A stretch of DNA of 64,000 nt. Source: Deltaproteobacteria bacterium. GTDB lineage: Bacteria > Desulfobacterota > Anaeroferrophillalia > Anaeroferrophillales > Tharpellaceae. Every line of letters starts with the position of its first letter. The stretch's first letter is position 1. Made by a program: the position numbers and the translations under genes. Of the stretch, positions 28,155-37,153 are shown in pieces. Where the stretch lies: contig JAFGVI010000139.1 of assembly GCA_016938065.1 (NCBI GenBank), positions 4,747 through 68,746 on the forward strand. Direction: 5' to 3'. The notes under the pieces were generated by a model. The model worked only from the letters and a program-made list of their open reading frames with translations, was not told where the DNA came from and searched no databases.

Positions 28155-30449
28155 TTGCAAAACGACAGAATATTCGAGCAACTCGGCAACATTGAAGATA
28201 TTCCTCCGCTGCCGGCCCTGGCAAGCCGGATTATCAACAGCTGTTTTGACGAGCAAAGCAACTACAGCGAGCTTGCGGCCCTGATCAAACAGGACCCGGT
28301 ACTTACGGCCCGCATTCTCATTCTCATCAACTCCCCGGCCTTTGCCCTGCCGACCAGAATCGAAAACCTCAGTCACGCAATTGCCCTGCTCGGCAAGAAA
28401 CAGGTTCGCAACCTGGCTTTGAGCATCACCATTTTTGATACATTTACCGCGGCCGGCAAAGGGCGTGAACGGGAACTGGCCGCCTTCTGGCAACACTGCG
28501 TCGCCTGCGCCTACGCCTGCGAAGAGCTGGCTAAAGAGCTTAAATATCCCTATCCGGAAGAGGCCTTTATTGCCGGCCTTCTCCACGACATCGGCAAACT
28601 GATCGCCTACCACCGCCTCGAAAAAAGTTTCCCCAGATTCCTCTCACACCTCAGAACTCCGGCCGCCGAGACCAGCCCGGAATGGCCGCCGCTGGAACTG
28701 GAAAAAGAACTGCTCGGGGCCGGTCATCACCTGATCGGCAAATGGGCGGCTGAAGCCTGGAACTTTCCCACCCCGATTATTGAAGCCGTCTGGCTCCACC
28801 ACCAGCCCCCACCCGGGGGCCGTAACGAACCGCCCTCGCTGGCCCTGATGGTGCGTTTTGCCGATGCCGTCTGCAACCTCTACAATCTCGGTTCCAGCTA
28901 CTTCATCAACCATGAACTCGACTACTCCACCTCGGCACCCTACGCCCGCACGGTCGAAGCTTTAAAGGTCTTCTTCCGCCTGGATCAGGAAACCCTGCTG
29001 AACATCTATCACATCGCCGACAATCGTCTGCATGAATTTGACAGCTGCCTTGAAGTCGTCGACAACGATCTCTATTTTGCCGCCATCCGCAAGGCCAATC
29101 GGGAACTGGGCCGGCTCAATCTTGAGCGGGAAAAAAATCTGGCCGAACTGAGCCTGAAAAACCGTCTGCTGGTCGGCCTCAACAACATTGACCAGAAACT
29201 CGGGCCGCGGCCCAAACGCACGCTGCTGATTGATGAAATCATCACCCAAACCCTGCTCCTCTTTCAGAGTCAGTTCGCCTTCTGCGGCCTCAGCCCCAGT
29301 GACAACACCTCTGCCTGCTGGCTGGGCGTCATCTCCGGCAATAAATTTTCCGACAAGGAGCTGGCCGGCGGCAAAATCCCGGTATATGAAGATAGTGATG
29401 CGCCCAACCTCAACAATCAGAAAAAAATCTTGGCCACCCTGAAACGGCTGGTTCTGAAAAAAGCTGATGCCCTTTTACGCAACAGCCGGATCACGCCGTT
29501 GAAAGAACATCCCTGTATTCTCGTGGTTCCGCTCTGTGAAGCCAGCCAGACTATAGAAACCAAAATCCACGGTCAGCTCATCGTTGACTGCGGTCAGCTG
29601 GCTTACAACGGCATCAACCATGCTATTCTTCTGGAAACCCTCTCCCATTTTGCCGCCGGCATCAGCGACCTTATTGAACGAGGCCAGCTGACCGATCATC
29701 TTGCCGGCCAGACCGAAAGGATAATCGAGCTTAATCGCCAGAGTGAAGAGATTCAGCATGAGCTGCTTCAGGCTCACCGCCTGGCTACGGTTGGCCGCCT
29801 GGCGGCGGGTGCCGCCCACGAGATCAATAATCCCCTAACGGTAATCTCGGGCCAGCTGCAGATTCTCAAAGCAAAAGCCGAAAAAAACAGCGACGGTGAT
29901 GCGAATCTGCAACGTTTCAATACCATGCTGGCTAACGTTGATAAAATCAGCCGCATTGTCAGTGACCTGCTGGCATATGGCCGGCCGCAAAAAGCCCGGA
30001 TTCAACCAACCTCCGTCAAACATGTTATCCGCCAGTCAATTGAAGCCCTCAAGCACCGTCAAGGATTTGCCAATATCCGGTTCTCCATCAATCTGGCCGA
30101 AGATCTGCCGCCCGCCCTGGTCGATGCCCAGCAGCTCGGTCAGATACTGATCAACCTGCTGATCAACGCTCAACTGGCGATGCCAAACAGCGGTTCCATC
30201 GGCATCCGCGCGGCCTGCCATCACAACCAAGTGGAAATCAGTCTCAGTGATACGGGCTGCGGCATCGCTCCAGAAAATCTGCCGGTAATTTTTGATCCTT
30301 TTTTTACAACCCGGGATCCCGACAGCGGCACCGGCCTGGGCCTTTCTATTGTGCACTCCCTGATAGAGGTCAACCATGGCAGCATTGAGGTGCGCAGCGT
30401 GCTCAACAAAGGCACGACCTTCACCATCAGACTGCCGGCAGCACCGTAA
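28155..30449 (+). CDS. HDOD domain-containing sensor histidine kinase
   Basis: 764 aa. N-terminal HDOD (LPPLPALASRIIN...DP.LTARILILINSPAF...HDIGKL). HisKA H-box AAGAAHEINNPL. HATPase DTGCGI and GTGLGLSIV. TTG start is uncertain. Confidence 0.8.
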   Translation: MQNDRIFEQLGNIEDIPPLPALASRIINSCFDEQSNYSELAALIKQDPVLTARILILINSPAFALPTRIENLSHAIALLGKKQVRNLALSITIFDTFTAAGKGRERELAAFWQHCVACAYACEELAKELKYPYPEEAFIAGLLHDIGKLIAYHRLEKSFPRFLSHLRTPAAETSPEWPPLELEKELLGAGHHLIGKWAAEAWNFPTPIIEAVWLHHQPPPGGRNEPPSLALMVRFADAVCNLYNLGSSYFINHELDYSTSAPYARTVEALKVFFRLDQETLLNIYHIADNRLHEFDSCLEVVDNDLYFAAIRKANRELGRLNLEREKNLAELSLKNRLLVGLNNIDQKLGPRPKRTLLIDEIITQTLLLFQSQFAFCGLSPSDNTSACWLGVISGNKFSDKELAGGKIPVYEDSDAPNLNNQKKILATLKRLVLKKADALLRNSRITPLKEHPCILVVPLCEASQTIETKIHGQLIVDCGQLAYNGINHAILLETLSHFAAGISDLIERGQLTDHLAGQTERIIELNRQSEEIQHELLQAHRLATVGRLAAGAAHEINNPLTVISGQLQILKAKAEKNSDGDANLQRFNTMLANVDKISRIVSDLLAYGRPQKARIQPTSVKHVIRQSIEALKHRQGFANIRFSINLAEDLPPALVDAQQLGQILINLLINAQLAMPNSGSIGIRAACHHNQVEISLSDTGCGIAPENLPVIFDPFFTTRDPDSGTGLGLSIVHSLIEVNHGSIEVRSVLNKGTTFTIRLPAAP

Positions 30450-30515
30450 AATCACAGCAGCGGCCGACGTCAGCCACCCGCAGTATCTTACCATTACCAG
30501 ACAAGTACTTTCACA

Positions 30516-32714
30516 ATGACTGAACCGGGGCAAAATCCAGCTGCCATCCTCAAGCAGTACTGGGGCCATGAAAACTTCCTGCCTTTACAGAAAGAGGCGA
30601 TTGCCTGTGTTCTGCAAAAAGAGGACTCTCTGCTGGTGCTGCCCACCGGGGGCGGCAAATCGGCCTGTTATCAGGTTCCGGCCCTAACCCTTGACACTCT
30701 GGCCCTGGTGGTTTCGCCCCTGATCGCTTTAATGAAAGACCAGGTCGACAGCCTGCGTCTGAACGGGGTCGCAGCCGCCTGTATCAACAGCAGCATGAGC
30801 CTTGCGGAAAAGCGCCAGGTTACCGAACAGCTCAAGGCCAAAGAGCTTAATCTGCTCTATATTTCGCCGGAAAAACTGGGCCAGCAGCGCAGTCTCGATT
30901 TTTTAAAGACCCTGAATATCGGTTTTATCGCCGTCGATGAGGCCCACTGCATCAGTCAATGGGGCCACGATTTTCGCCCCGACTACCGCCAGCTGGGAAA
31001 TTTACGAAAACTTTTCCCGCAAACCTCGCTGCACGCCTATACGGCCACGGCCACGGCGGCAGTGCAGCAGGATATCGTTGCCCAACTCAACCTTAACCAG
31101 CCCCGCCTGCTTATCGGCTCTTTTGACCGGCCCAATCTGACCTATCGGGTTTTGCGCAAAAGCGCCCGCCATTTTGCCCAGATCGTTGAGGTTCTTGAAC
31201 GCCACCACGATGCCGCGGGAATCATCTACTGCCAGAGCCGTCGCGAAGTTGAGGAGACCGCCGCCCGCCTGACCGCATTGCACCGCGCCGTCTGGCCTTA
31301 CCATGCCGGCATGGCCGACCACGAACGTAAAGCCAACCAGGAGGCCTTCATCAACCACGATGCCGGCATCATTGTCGCAACCATCGCTTTCGGCATGGGC
31401 ATTGATAAATCCAATATCCGTTTCGTTATTCACAGCGGCCTGCCCAAGGCTCTGGAAAACTACCAGCAGGAGAGCGGCCGGGCCGGACGCGACGGCCTGC
31501 CGGCCGAATGTGTGCTTTTCCATAACAGCAGCGATCTGCAGCGCTGGCAGAGAAACCTCAACGATGCCGACCATGACGGCGGCCACGAAGGGGCTCGGCG
31601 CTCGCTGCAGGCGATGAGCAACTACGCTCAGGGCATCGCCTGCCGCCACCGGACCCTGGTCAACTACTTCGACCAGGAACTGGAAAAGGACTCCTGCGGG
31701 CACTGCGATATCTGCCTCGCGGAACTGCCGAAAAGCGCCGACCCGCTGACCACCGCCCAGAAAATAGTCTCCAGCATTCTGCGTCAGGGGGAAAATTTCG
31801 GCCTTCTCTACAGCGCCCAGGTACTCAAAGGCGCCAGAGACCGCCGCATCATCAGTAACCAGCACGATCAGCTCTCAACCTGGGGCCTGCTTAAAGAAGA
31901 GAGCAATGAACAGATCAAGGCCTGGATCGACCAGCTTGTCAGCCAGGGATTTTTGGAACGCGAGGGCGAATATCAGATCATCCGGGTCACGCCTTCAGGA
32001 CGAGAGCTTTTGCGGGGTGAAAAGAAACCGTGCCTGCTGACCATTAAAACATCCGCCACGGCAGCCGATGCCGTCACCGCCGAAACCATATTGACCCCCC
32101 TCGAAATTAATCTCTTTGACGAACTGCGCGAGCTGCGCCGGGAACTGGCCCGGGACCGTGCGGTTCCGCCCTATGTTATCTTCAGTGACGCCTCACTCTA
32201 CGACATGGCCCAAGTACGGCCCACAAACCTGGAAATGTTCCGACAGGTTAAAGGGGTTGGTGCAATGAAGCTGGTTGATTTCGGAGAAGTTTTCACGGCC
32301 CGGATCAGCTCATTCTGCCGGCAGCATGAGCTTGATGGTAACTGTCGCAATAATTCCGCCAAGATCCGAATCAGCCCCGCCGGTCGCGAGCCGAAAAACG
32401 CCAGCGAATCTGAAATTAAAGCCTTTGCCTGTTTTGCCGAAGGGCTTTCCATCGCGGAAACCGCGCAACAACTGGAACGGGCTCTCTCGACCACCCGGGG
32501 CTATCTGAGCAGCTATATCCGCAGCCATGAGATCTGCGATCCAACACCCTGGGTCAGCCCCGAAAATCAAGAGAAGATCAAAGCCGCCATCGCCGAACTG
32601 GGCCCGGCACCCTTGAAACCGATCTTTATCAGACTTGCGGAAAAAATCGCCTATGATGAGATCAGAATCGTCTGTGAATGCTGGGAAAATGGTAAAAACA
32701 GTCTACCTCAATAA
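30516..32714 (+). CDS. recQ: ATP-dependent DNA helicase RecQ with extra C-terminal HTH-like region
   Basis: 732 aa. Walker A LPTGGGKS, DEAH box AVDEAHCISQWGHDFRP, a Zn cluster CRH...CGHCDIC, and RQC/HRDC regions. Confidence 0.93.
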   Translation: MTEPGQNPAAILKQYWGHENFLPLQKEAIACVLQKEDSLLVLPTGGGKSACYQVPALTLDTLALVVSPLIALMKDQVDSLRLNGVAAACINSSMSLAEKRQVTEQLKAKELNLLYISPEKLGQQRSLDFLKTLNIGFIAVDEAHCISQWGHDFRPDYRQLGNLRKLFPQTSLHAYTATATAAVQQDIVAQLNLNQPRLLIGSFDRPNLTYRVLRKSARHFAQIVEVLERHHDAAGIIYCQSRREVEETAARLTALHRAVWPYHAGMADHERKANQEAFINHDAGIIVATIAFGMGIDKSNIRFVIHSGLPKALENYQQESGRAGRDGLPAECVLFHNSSDLQRWQRNLNDADHDGGHEGARRSLQAMSNYAQGIACRHRTLVNYFDQELEKDSCGHCDICLAELPKSADPLTTAQKIVSSILRQGENFGLLYSAQVLKGARDRRIISNQHDQLSTWGLLKEESNEQIKAWIDQLVSQGFLEREGEYQIIRVTPSGRELLRGEKKPCLLTIKTSATAADAVTAETILTPLEINLFDELRELRRELARDRAVPPYVIFSDASLYDMAQVRPTNLEMFRQVKGVGAMKLVDFGEVFTARISSFCRQHELDGNCRNNSAKIRISPAGREPKNASESEIKAFACFAEGLSIAETAQQLERALSTTRGYLSSYIRSHEICDPTPWVSPENQEKIKAAIAELGPAPLKPIFIRLAEKIAYDEIRIVCECWENGKNSLPQ

Positions 32715-33561
32715 CACGTTCATGCAGGAAGATCAGGCCGCAATCTCGCCTTTGAACAACGGCTATCTTTTCGGCGAAGGTCTTTTTGAAACACTCCGCA
32801 GCGACCGAGGTTATCCCTTTCGACTCGCACAACATCTGGAGCGCCTGCGCTCCGGCCTCAGGAAACTTGCTCTTCCCGAACCCCCGGACCTTAACTGCAG
32901 TGCGGAAATCATCAAGGAGCTGCTGAAACGCAACCATCTCAGCCAAACCCCGGCAAACATCAAGATGGTTGTCAGCCGAGACAGCAGCCCGCCCGCCCGC
33001 ACCGGAGAGACACCGCCTTCCAGCCTGATGATACGGGCAAGCGCACTCGATCTTGCTGAGATCAGCCGCCGCCAGCAGGGGATGCGGGCTCTTATTTTAC
33101 CCTGGCGCCGGGATCAGCATAATCCGCTGCTGAGCTTGAAAAGTTTAAATTATCTGGAAAACCGCTATGCCCTGCGGGAGGCCCGAAGCAGAGGTTTTGA
33201 CGAAGGGATCTTTCTCAATCAGGCGGGTGAACTCTGTGAAGGAACGTTCTCCAATATTTTTCTGATTCAGGATAAAACACTGCTGACCCCACCGCTGAAT
33301 GCCGGCATCCTGCCCGGCATCACCCGGGACTTTATTCTGGAAAGCGCCGGCAGACTCGCCATTGACTGCCGCACAATACCCCTTCACCCTCAAATCATCA
33401 AGACTTGCGACGGGGCCTTTCTCACCAGCTCACTCATGCAGATCGCCCCCCTGCTGGAACTCGACAAGCACGCTTTCGACCTGAAGCAAACCGTGGAATT
33501 ACGCCGGCGCCTACACAGGACCTTCACCGAAAAAGTTCTGCCTTCTCACCCCTGGGGGTAA
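32689..33561 (+). CDS. Class IV aminotransferase-fold protein (aminodeoxychorismate lyase / BCAT-like)
   Basis: About 290 aa. NNGYLFGEGLFET and the catalytic-Lys context LLSLKSLNYLEN. The start (ATG 32689) overlaps the recQ end and is uncertain. Confidence 0.72.
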   Translation: MVKTVYLNNTFMQEDQAAISPLNNGYLFGEGLFETLRSDRGYPFRLAQHLERLRSGLRKLALPEPPDLNCSAEIIKELLKRNHLSQTPANIKMVVSRDSSPPARTGETPPSSLMIRASALDLAEISRRQQGMRALILPWRRDQHNPLLSLKSLNYLENRYALREARSRGFDEGIFLNQAGELCEGTFSNIFLIQDKTLLTPPLNAGILPGITRDFILESAGRLAIDCRTIPLHPQIIKTCDGAFLTSSLMQIAPLLELDKHAFDLKQTVELRRRLHRTFTEKVLPSHPWG

Positions 33562-33588
33562 AATCGAACCCCGTGCCTCCAACATGAA

Positions 33589-33618
33589 GCAGGGCGGGAA
33601 ATATGCTTCCCGCCCTGC
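33589..33618. terminator. Perfect 12-bp GC-rich hairpin between convergent genes
   Basis: GCAGGGCGGGAA / TTCCCGCCCTGC with a 6-nt loop. There is no U-run on either strand, so the terminator function is tentative. Confidence 0.4.
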
Positions 33619-33684
33619 GGTAGAGAGAATCCCCCCCCTACGTTCCTTACCTTTTTTGCCGTCAGATGCCGTTCTAAACTCTCA

Positions 33685-34830
33685 TCAATCCTTGATCCAG
33701 AAAGGTTTGGGCGCCTTTTTAAAGGATGGATCGAGGGCCGGGTTGACGACGGACTCCGATGCAGCCTCGGCCGGGCTCGCTTGCCCGAGGCCCTTGCCAG
33801 CCGGCAATGCCTTTATCACAACCTGTTTGTCAACCTTGCCGACCACCGGTTTGACTCTCGGCTTCCGCCAGAAAGGTATGGGAGCTTTACTGAAAGAATC
33901 AACCTTGACTGCCGGAAGAGCCGAAGCTGCCGGGGCCGGAACCGCCGGCTTCACCTTGCCTGAAGCCTTGTCAATGAGAGAACCCCGAGGTCTCATCTGC
34001 CGCCAGAACGGAATCGGGGCCCGGTCAAAGGAGCTGTCCCGTTTAAGCGCCGGCGCGGCGACCGACTCGGTGACCGCCGCTTCGCTTGCGGTCTTTTTTG
34101 CCGGCAAGAGACCGGCCGAAACCGAGACTGCTACTTTTTTTGCCGCCTTCTGCCATTCAAGGGCGGACTGTTCAAGCTGTTCCAACCGGGTTTGCAGACG
34201 ACTGTTCTCAGCTTCCAGGCCCATGACTTTAGTCGTCAGCAGCGAAATTGCAACTTTACCCTGCTCAACCTTAAGTTCAGCCGCCTTTCTCAAGGGCACA
34301 GAGGAGATCACATAAAACCAGAAAAGGGCCAGCAGCACGAGAACGACAAACATCGAGACAATACCGGAAGAACCGGAAGCGCTATCATCAGCGGGCGCCG
34401 GCGGAGTGTTTTTCATCAAGGATTCACCTTTTTCACTAGGGTTAGGGTCTTCAAGAACATCGTCAGCAAGGACATCGTCAGCAAAACTATTCCCGGCACT
34501 AAGCGCTTCGCCATCCGTCTCAATCAGCCCGGCTGCACCTTCGTCGAACTGGTTTTGTTCTGGAACCTCGGGCACGATGACAACGGCCTCTTCCACACTT
34601 TCCGTCGCCGACCCAGAGCTTATTTCAACCGCTGCCTTACTCTCTTCGCCGGCAGTTTCTTTAACCTGAACCACCTCGACGGCAACCGGGATTTCAATCC
34701 CGGCCCCACTGAAAAAAGCAGCCATCTTCTCCTTGTCAATCGGGGCCGGATCTTTATCTACCAGCTTTTTCCGCCGACTGCGACCGGCCGCGGCTTTGCC
34801 TGATTTAGGATTTTTCTTTGCGGTTGTCAT
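33685..34830 (-). CDS. Hypothetical membrane-anchored coiled-coil protein with three AP-x-PFW repeats (ParA partner candidate)
   Basis: 381 aa. The ATG overlaps the ParA TGA (GTATGACA). It has a Lys/Arg-rich N-terminus, an acidic stretch, one hydrophobic helix (IVSMFVVLVLLALFWFYVISSV), a coiled coil (LEAENSRLQTRLEQLEQSALEWQK), and three SF-x-[KR]-AP-[IK]-PFW motifs, the last at the C-terminus. I recognise no family. Confidence 0.6.
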   Translation of the reverse strand: MTTAKKNPKSGKAAAGRSRRKKLVDKDPAPIDKEKMAAFFSGAGIEIPVAVEVVQVKETAGEESKAAVEISSGSATESVEEAVVIVPEVPEQNQFDEGAAGLIETDGEALSAGNSFADDVLADDVLEDPNPSEKGESLMKNTPPAPADDSASGSSGIVSMFVVLVLLALFWFYVISSVPLRKAAELKVEQGKVAISLLTTKVMGLEAENSRLQTRLEQLEQSALEWQKAAKKVAVSVSAGLLPAKKTASEAAVTESVAAPALKRDSSFDRAPIPFWRQMRPRGSLIDKASGKVKPAVPAPAASALPAVKVDSFSKAPIPFWRKPRVKPVVGKVDKQVVIKALPAGKGLGQASPAEAASESVVNPALDPSFKKAPKPFWIKD

Positions 34831-35573
34831 ACGAACAACTCCTCATAAATCTTCTGATAATCTTCACGAGCCCGGGAACGTCCTCCGAACTCAACAATGG
34901 TCTGCTGCCGGCTGGAAGCCTGCTGCACTTTAGTATCAACCCGCACCGGGGACATAACCAGATCCCCGTAACGCTCCGTCAGTGCCGCCAGCACATCCTT
35001 ACTGACATTGACCCGCTGATCATAAAAGGTCGGCAGAATACCGCAGACCCGAACCTCTTTTTCAAAATACTCCTCAATCATCTTCAGGTTTTCAAAGACC
35101 TGACCGACACCGACCATCGCCAGATAATCCATGCTCACCGGCAAAAGCAGTTCATCGACATAGACCAGAGCATTCTGACCGAGAATCGAGAGCGAAGGGG
35201 AACAGTCGAGCAAGACCACACTGAGGCCCGGCAACACCTCTTCCACCCCGGCCAGGGCCCGCTTTAAAGCCTCTTCCCGCCGCGGTCTAGTCACCAGCAC
35301 CGTTTCACAGGCGGCCAGGGTCTGATCCGAGAGCAGACAGTAGAGATTTTCGCGGGCCTCAACCAGACAGTCCGCCAGCGGCTTACCGTCCACCAGAAGA
35401 TCGTAAAGCGAATTCCCGCACTTAACCCCGAAACTCTCCGCCACATTGCCCTGAGCATCAAGATCAACCACCAGTACCTTATGCCCGGCTGCGGCGAGAC
35501 AGTGAGCCAGACTGATAACCGTCGTCGTTTTGCCGGTGCCCCCTTTGAAATTCTGACAGGCAATCTTGCGCAT
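34827..35573 (-). CDS. ParA/MinD-superfamily ATPase (orphan ParA-like)
   Basis: 248 aa from the ATG at 35573 (GAGG RBS). Deviant Walker A NFKGGTGKTT, VVDLDAQGN, and Walker B-like VLLDCSPS. Confidence 0.85.
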   Translation of the reverse strand: MRKIACQNFKGGTGKTTTVISLAHCLAAAGHKVLVVDLDAQGNVAESFGVKCGNSLYDLLVDGKPLADCLVEARENLYCLLSDQTLAACETVLVTRPRREEALKRALAGVEEVLPGLSVVLLDCSPSLSILGQNALVYVDELLLPVSMDYLAMVGVGQVFENLKMIEEYFEKEVRVCGILPTFYDQRVNVSKDVLAALTERYGDLVMSPVRVDTKVQQASSRQQTIVEFGGRSRAREDYQKIYEELFV

Positions 35574-35709
35574 CAAAAAAACCTCAACCCCTGAGATGGT
35601 TAACCCCTGAAAGCAAGCGGGCCGCAACCCCTTGACCAAGCTTATCTTTCAGCGGCCAAGCCTTAACAAATGCCCTTTCCGCTTGTCAAGTGATTTAATG
35701 CTTTTAACT

Positions 35710-35738
35710 TTGACAACCTTCACCGACCGTGATAATTA
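35710..35738 (+). promoter_or_regulatory. Sigma-70-like promoter placed for a leaderless transcript of the sigma-54 activator gene
   Basis: TTGACA (35710-35715), 17-nt spacer, TAATTA (35733-35738). The ATG at 35746 lies 7 nt after the -10 element, with no Shine-Dalgarno sequence. Confidence 0.4.
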
Positions 35739-35745
35739 CGACAAC

Positions 35746-37137
35746 ATGGCTCAGATTCTGATTATTGACGATGACTCCTTTGTAGCTGAAACTATCTCCG
35801 CCCTGATTCTCCATCTGGGTCATGTTCCGACCACTGCCCTCAGCCTGCAGAACGGTCTGCAGCTGGCTGCCGCCGGAAATTTCGACCTGATTCTCCTGGA
35901 TGTCTCCCTGCCGGATGGCAACGGCCTGAAAATAATCCCCCAGCTGACCATGCTGCCGCACAATCCGGAAGTTATTATCATTACCGGGTTTGGCGATACC
36001 AACGGCGCCTCGCTGGCGATCAGCAATGGCGCCTGGGATTACCTGGTCAAAGGAGACTCATTAAACAATATCCGGCTTTCACTCGAACGGGCTCTGCGTT
36101 ATCGCGAGAGCCGCCGCCGGCAACCCGAACCCGTCAGCCTGCGGCGCCATGGCCTGATCGGCGAAAGCCCGGCCGCCGCCCAGCTCTGCAACTTCATCGC
36201 CCGCGCCGCCGCCGGCCTGGCCGACATTCTCCTCAGCGGAGCCACCGGAACCGGTAAAGAACTTGCGGCCCACACCATCCACCACAACAGTTCGCGCCAG
36301 CATCGGCAATTTGTGGTGGTCGACTGCGCCGCTCTTCCCCTTAACTTAGGCGAAAGCACCCTTTTCGGCAGCCGCCGCGGGGCCTATACCGGGGCGGATC
36401 GCGACCGAACCGGACTGGTCGCCGAGGCGGATGGCGGCACCCTTTTTCTGGACGAAATCGGCGAACTCAGTCTTGAGCAGCAGAAGGTGATGCTCCGCCT
36501 CCTGCAGGAAAAAGCTTACCGCCCCTTAGGCGAAACCCGGGAGATCAAAAGCGATTTCCGCCTGATTGCGGCCACCAACCGCAACCTTGAGAACATGGTT
36601 GAAAACGGCACTTTTCGCCGCGATCTCTACTACCGCCTCAACGCCCTCAACTACACCCTGCCGACCCTGGCTGAACGCCTTGAAGATATTGATCTGCTGG
36701 TTCCCTACTTCATCAACCGCGCCTGCCGAAAAAGCGGCATCGCCAACAAAGGATTCAGCCCGGATCTGATCGAAACCCTGAAATGTCACGACTGGCCCGG
36801 CAATATTCGGGAGCTGGGTCAGGTAATTGAAGCCGCCATCACCTTAGCCGGAACAGAGGGCACTCTCTACAGCCAGCATCTGGCCAACCATCTTCGCATC
36901 AATCTTACCCGACTTAAAATAGCTTCATGCAAACCAAATCCTCAACCAATGCCAACACTGACTTTATCGGAACCGCTGCCAGCCCTCTCTGAGTTTCGCC
37001 AGAGAGCGGAACTTGAATATTTCACCAGACTCCTGCAGCAGACCGGGCACGATTTCAAAGAAGCCCTGAAAATTTCGGGTCTCTCGCGTTCGCGCTTCTA
37101 CGATCTGATAAAACAACACCAGATTTCTCTCAACTGA
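35746..37137 (+). CDS. Sigma-54-dependent response regulator (NtrC family)
   Basis: 463 aa from MAQILIIDDD. REC acceptor LILLDVSLPDGNG. AAA+ Walker A GATGTGKE, GAYTGA loop, Walker B LFLDEIGEL. C-terminal Fis-type HTH. Confidence 0.88.
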   Translation: MAQILIIDDDSFVAETISALILHLGHVPTTALSLQNGLQLAAAGNFDLILLDVSLPDGNGLKIIPQLTMLPHNPEVIIITGFGDTNGASLAISNGAWDYLVKGDSLNNIRLSLERALRYRESRRRQPEPVSLRRHGLIGESPAAAQLCNFIARAAAGLADILLSGATGTGKELAAHTIHHNSSRQHRQFVVVDCAALPLNLGESTLFGSRRGAYTGADRDRTGLVAEADGGTLFLDEIGELSLEQQKVMLRLLQEKAYRPLGETREIKSDFRLIAATNRNLENMVENGTFRRDLYYRLNALNYTLPTLAERLEDIDLLVPYFINRACRKSGIANKGFSPDLIETLKCHDWPGNIRELGQVIEAAITLAGTEGTLYSQHLANHLRINLTRLKIASCKPNPQPMPTLTLSEPLPALSEFRQRAELEYFTRLLQQTGHDFKEALKISGLSRSRFYDLIKQHQISLN

Positions 37138-37153
37138 AGAGAGAGAGTCTAAT

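Noticed and set aside
31002-31865. A 287-aa minus-strand ORF.
   Set aside because: It is antisense to the RecQ helicase core. The sequence is Ala/Gly/Val-rich shadow-frame translation.
33584-34315. A 243-aa plus-strand ORF opposite the PFW-repeat gene. It has its own apparent QKG[LM]GA repeats.
   Set aside because: Its repeats are simply the reverse-complement image of the PFW repeats. Its start lies inside the 12-bp GC hairpin at 33589-33618. The minus-strand ORF is longer, is start/stop-coupled to the ParA-like gene, and has a coherent TM/coiled-coil architecture.
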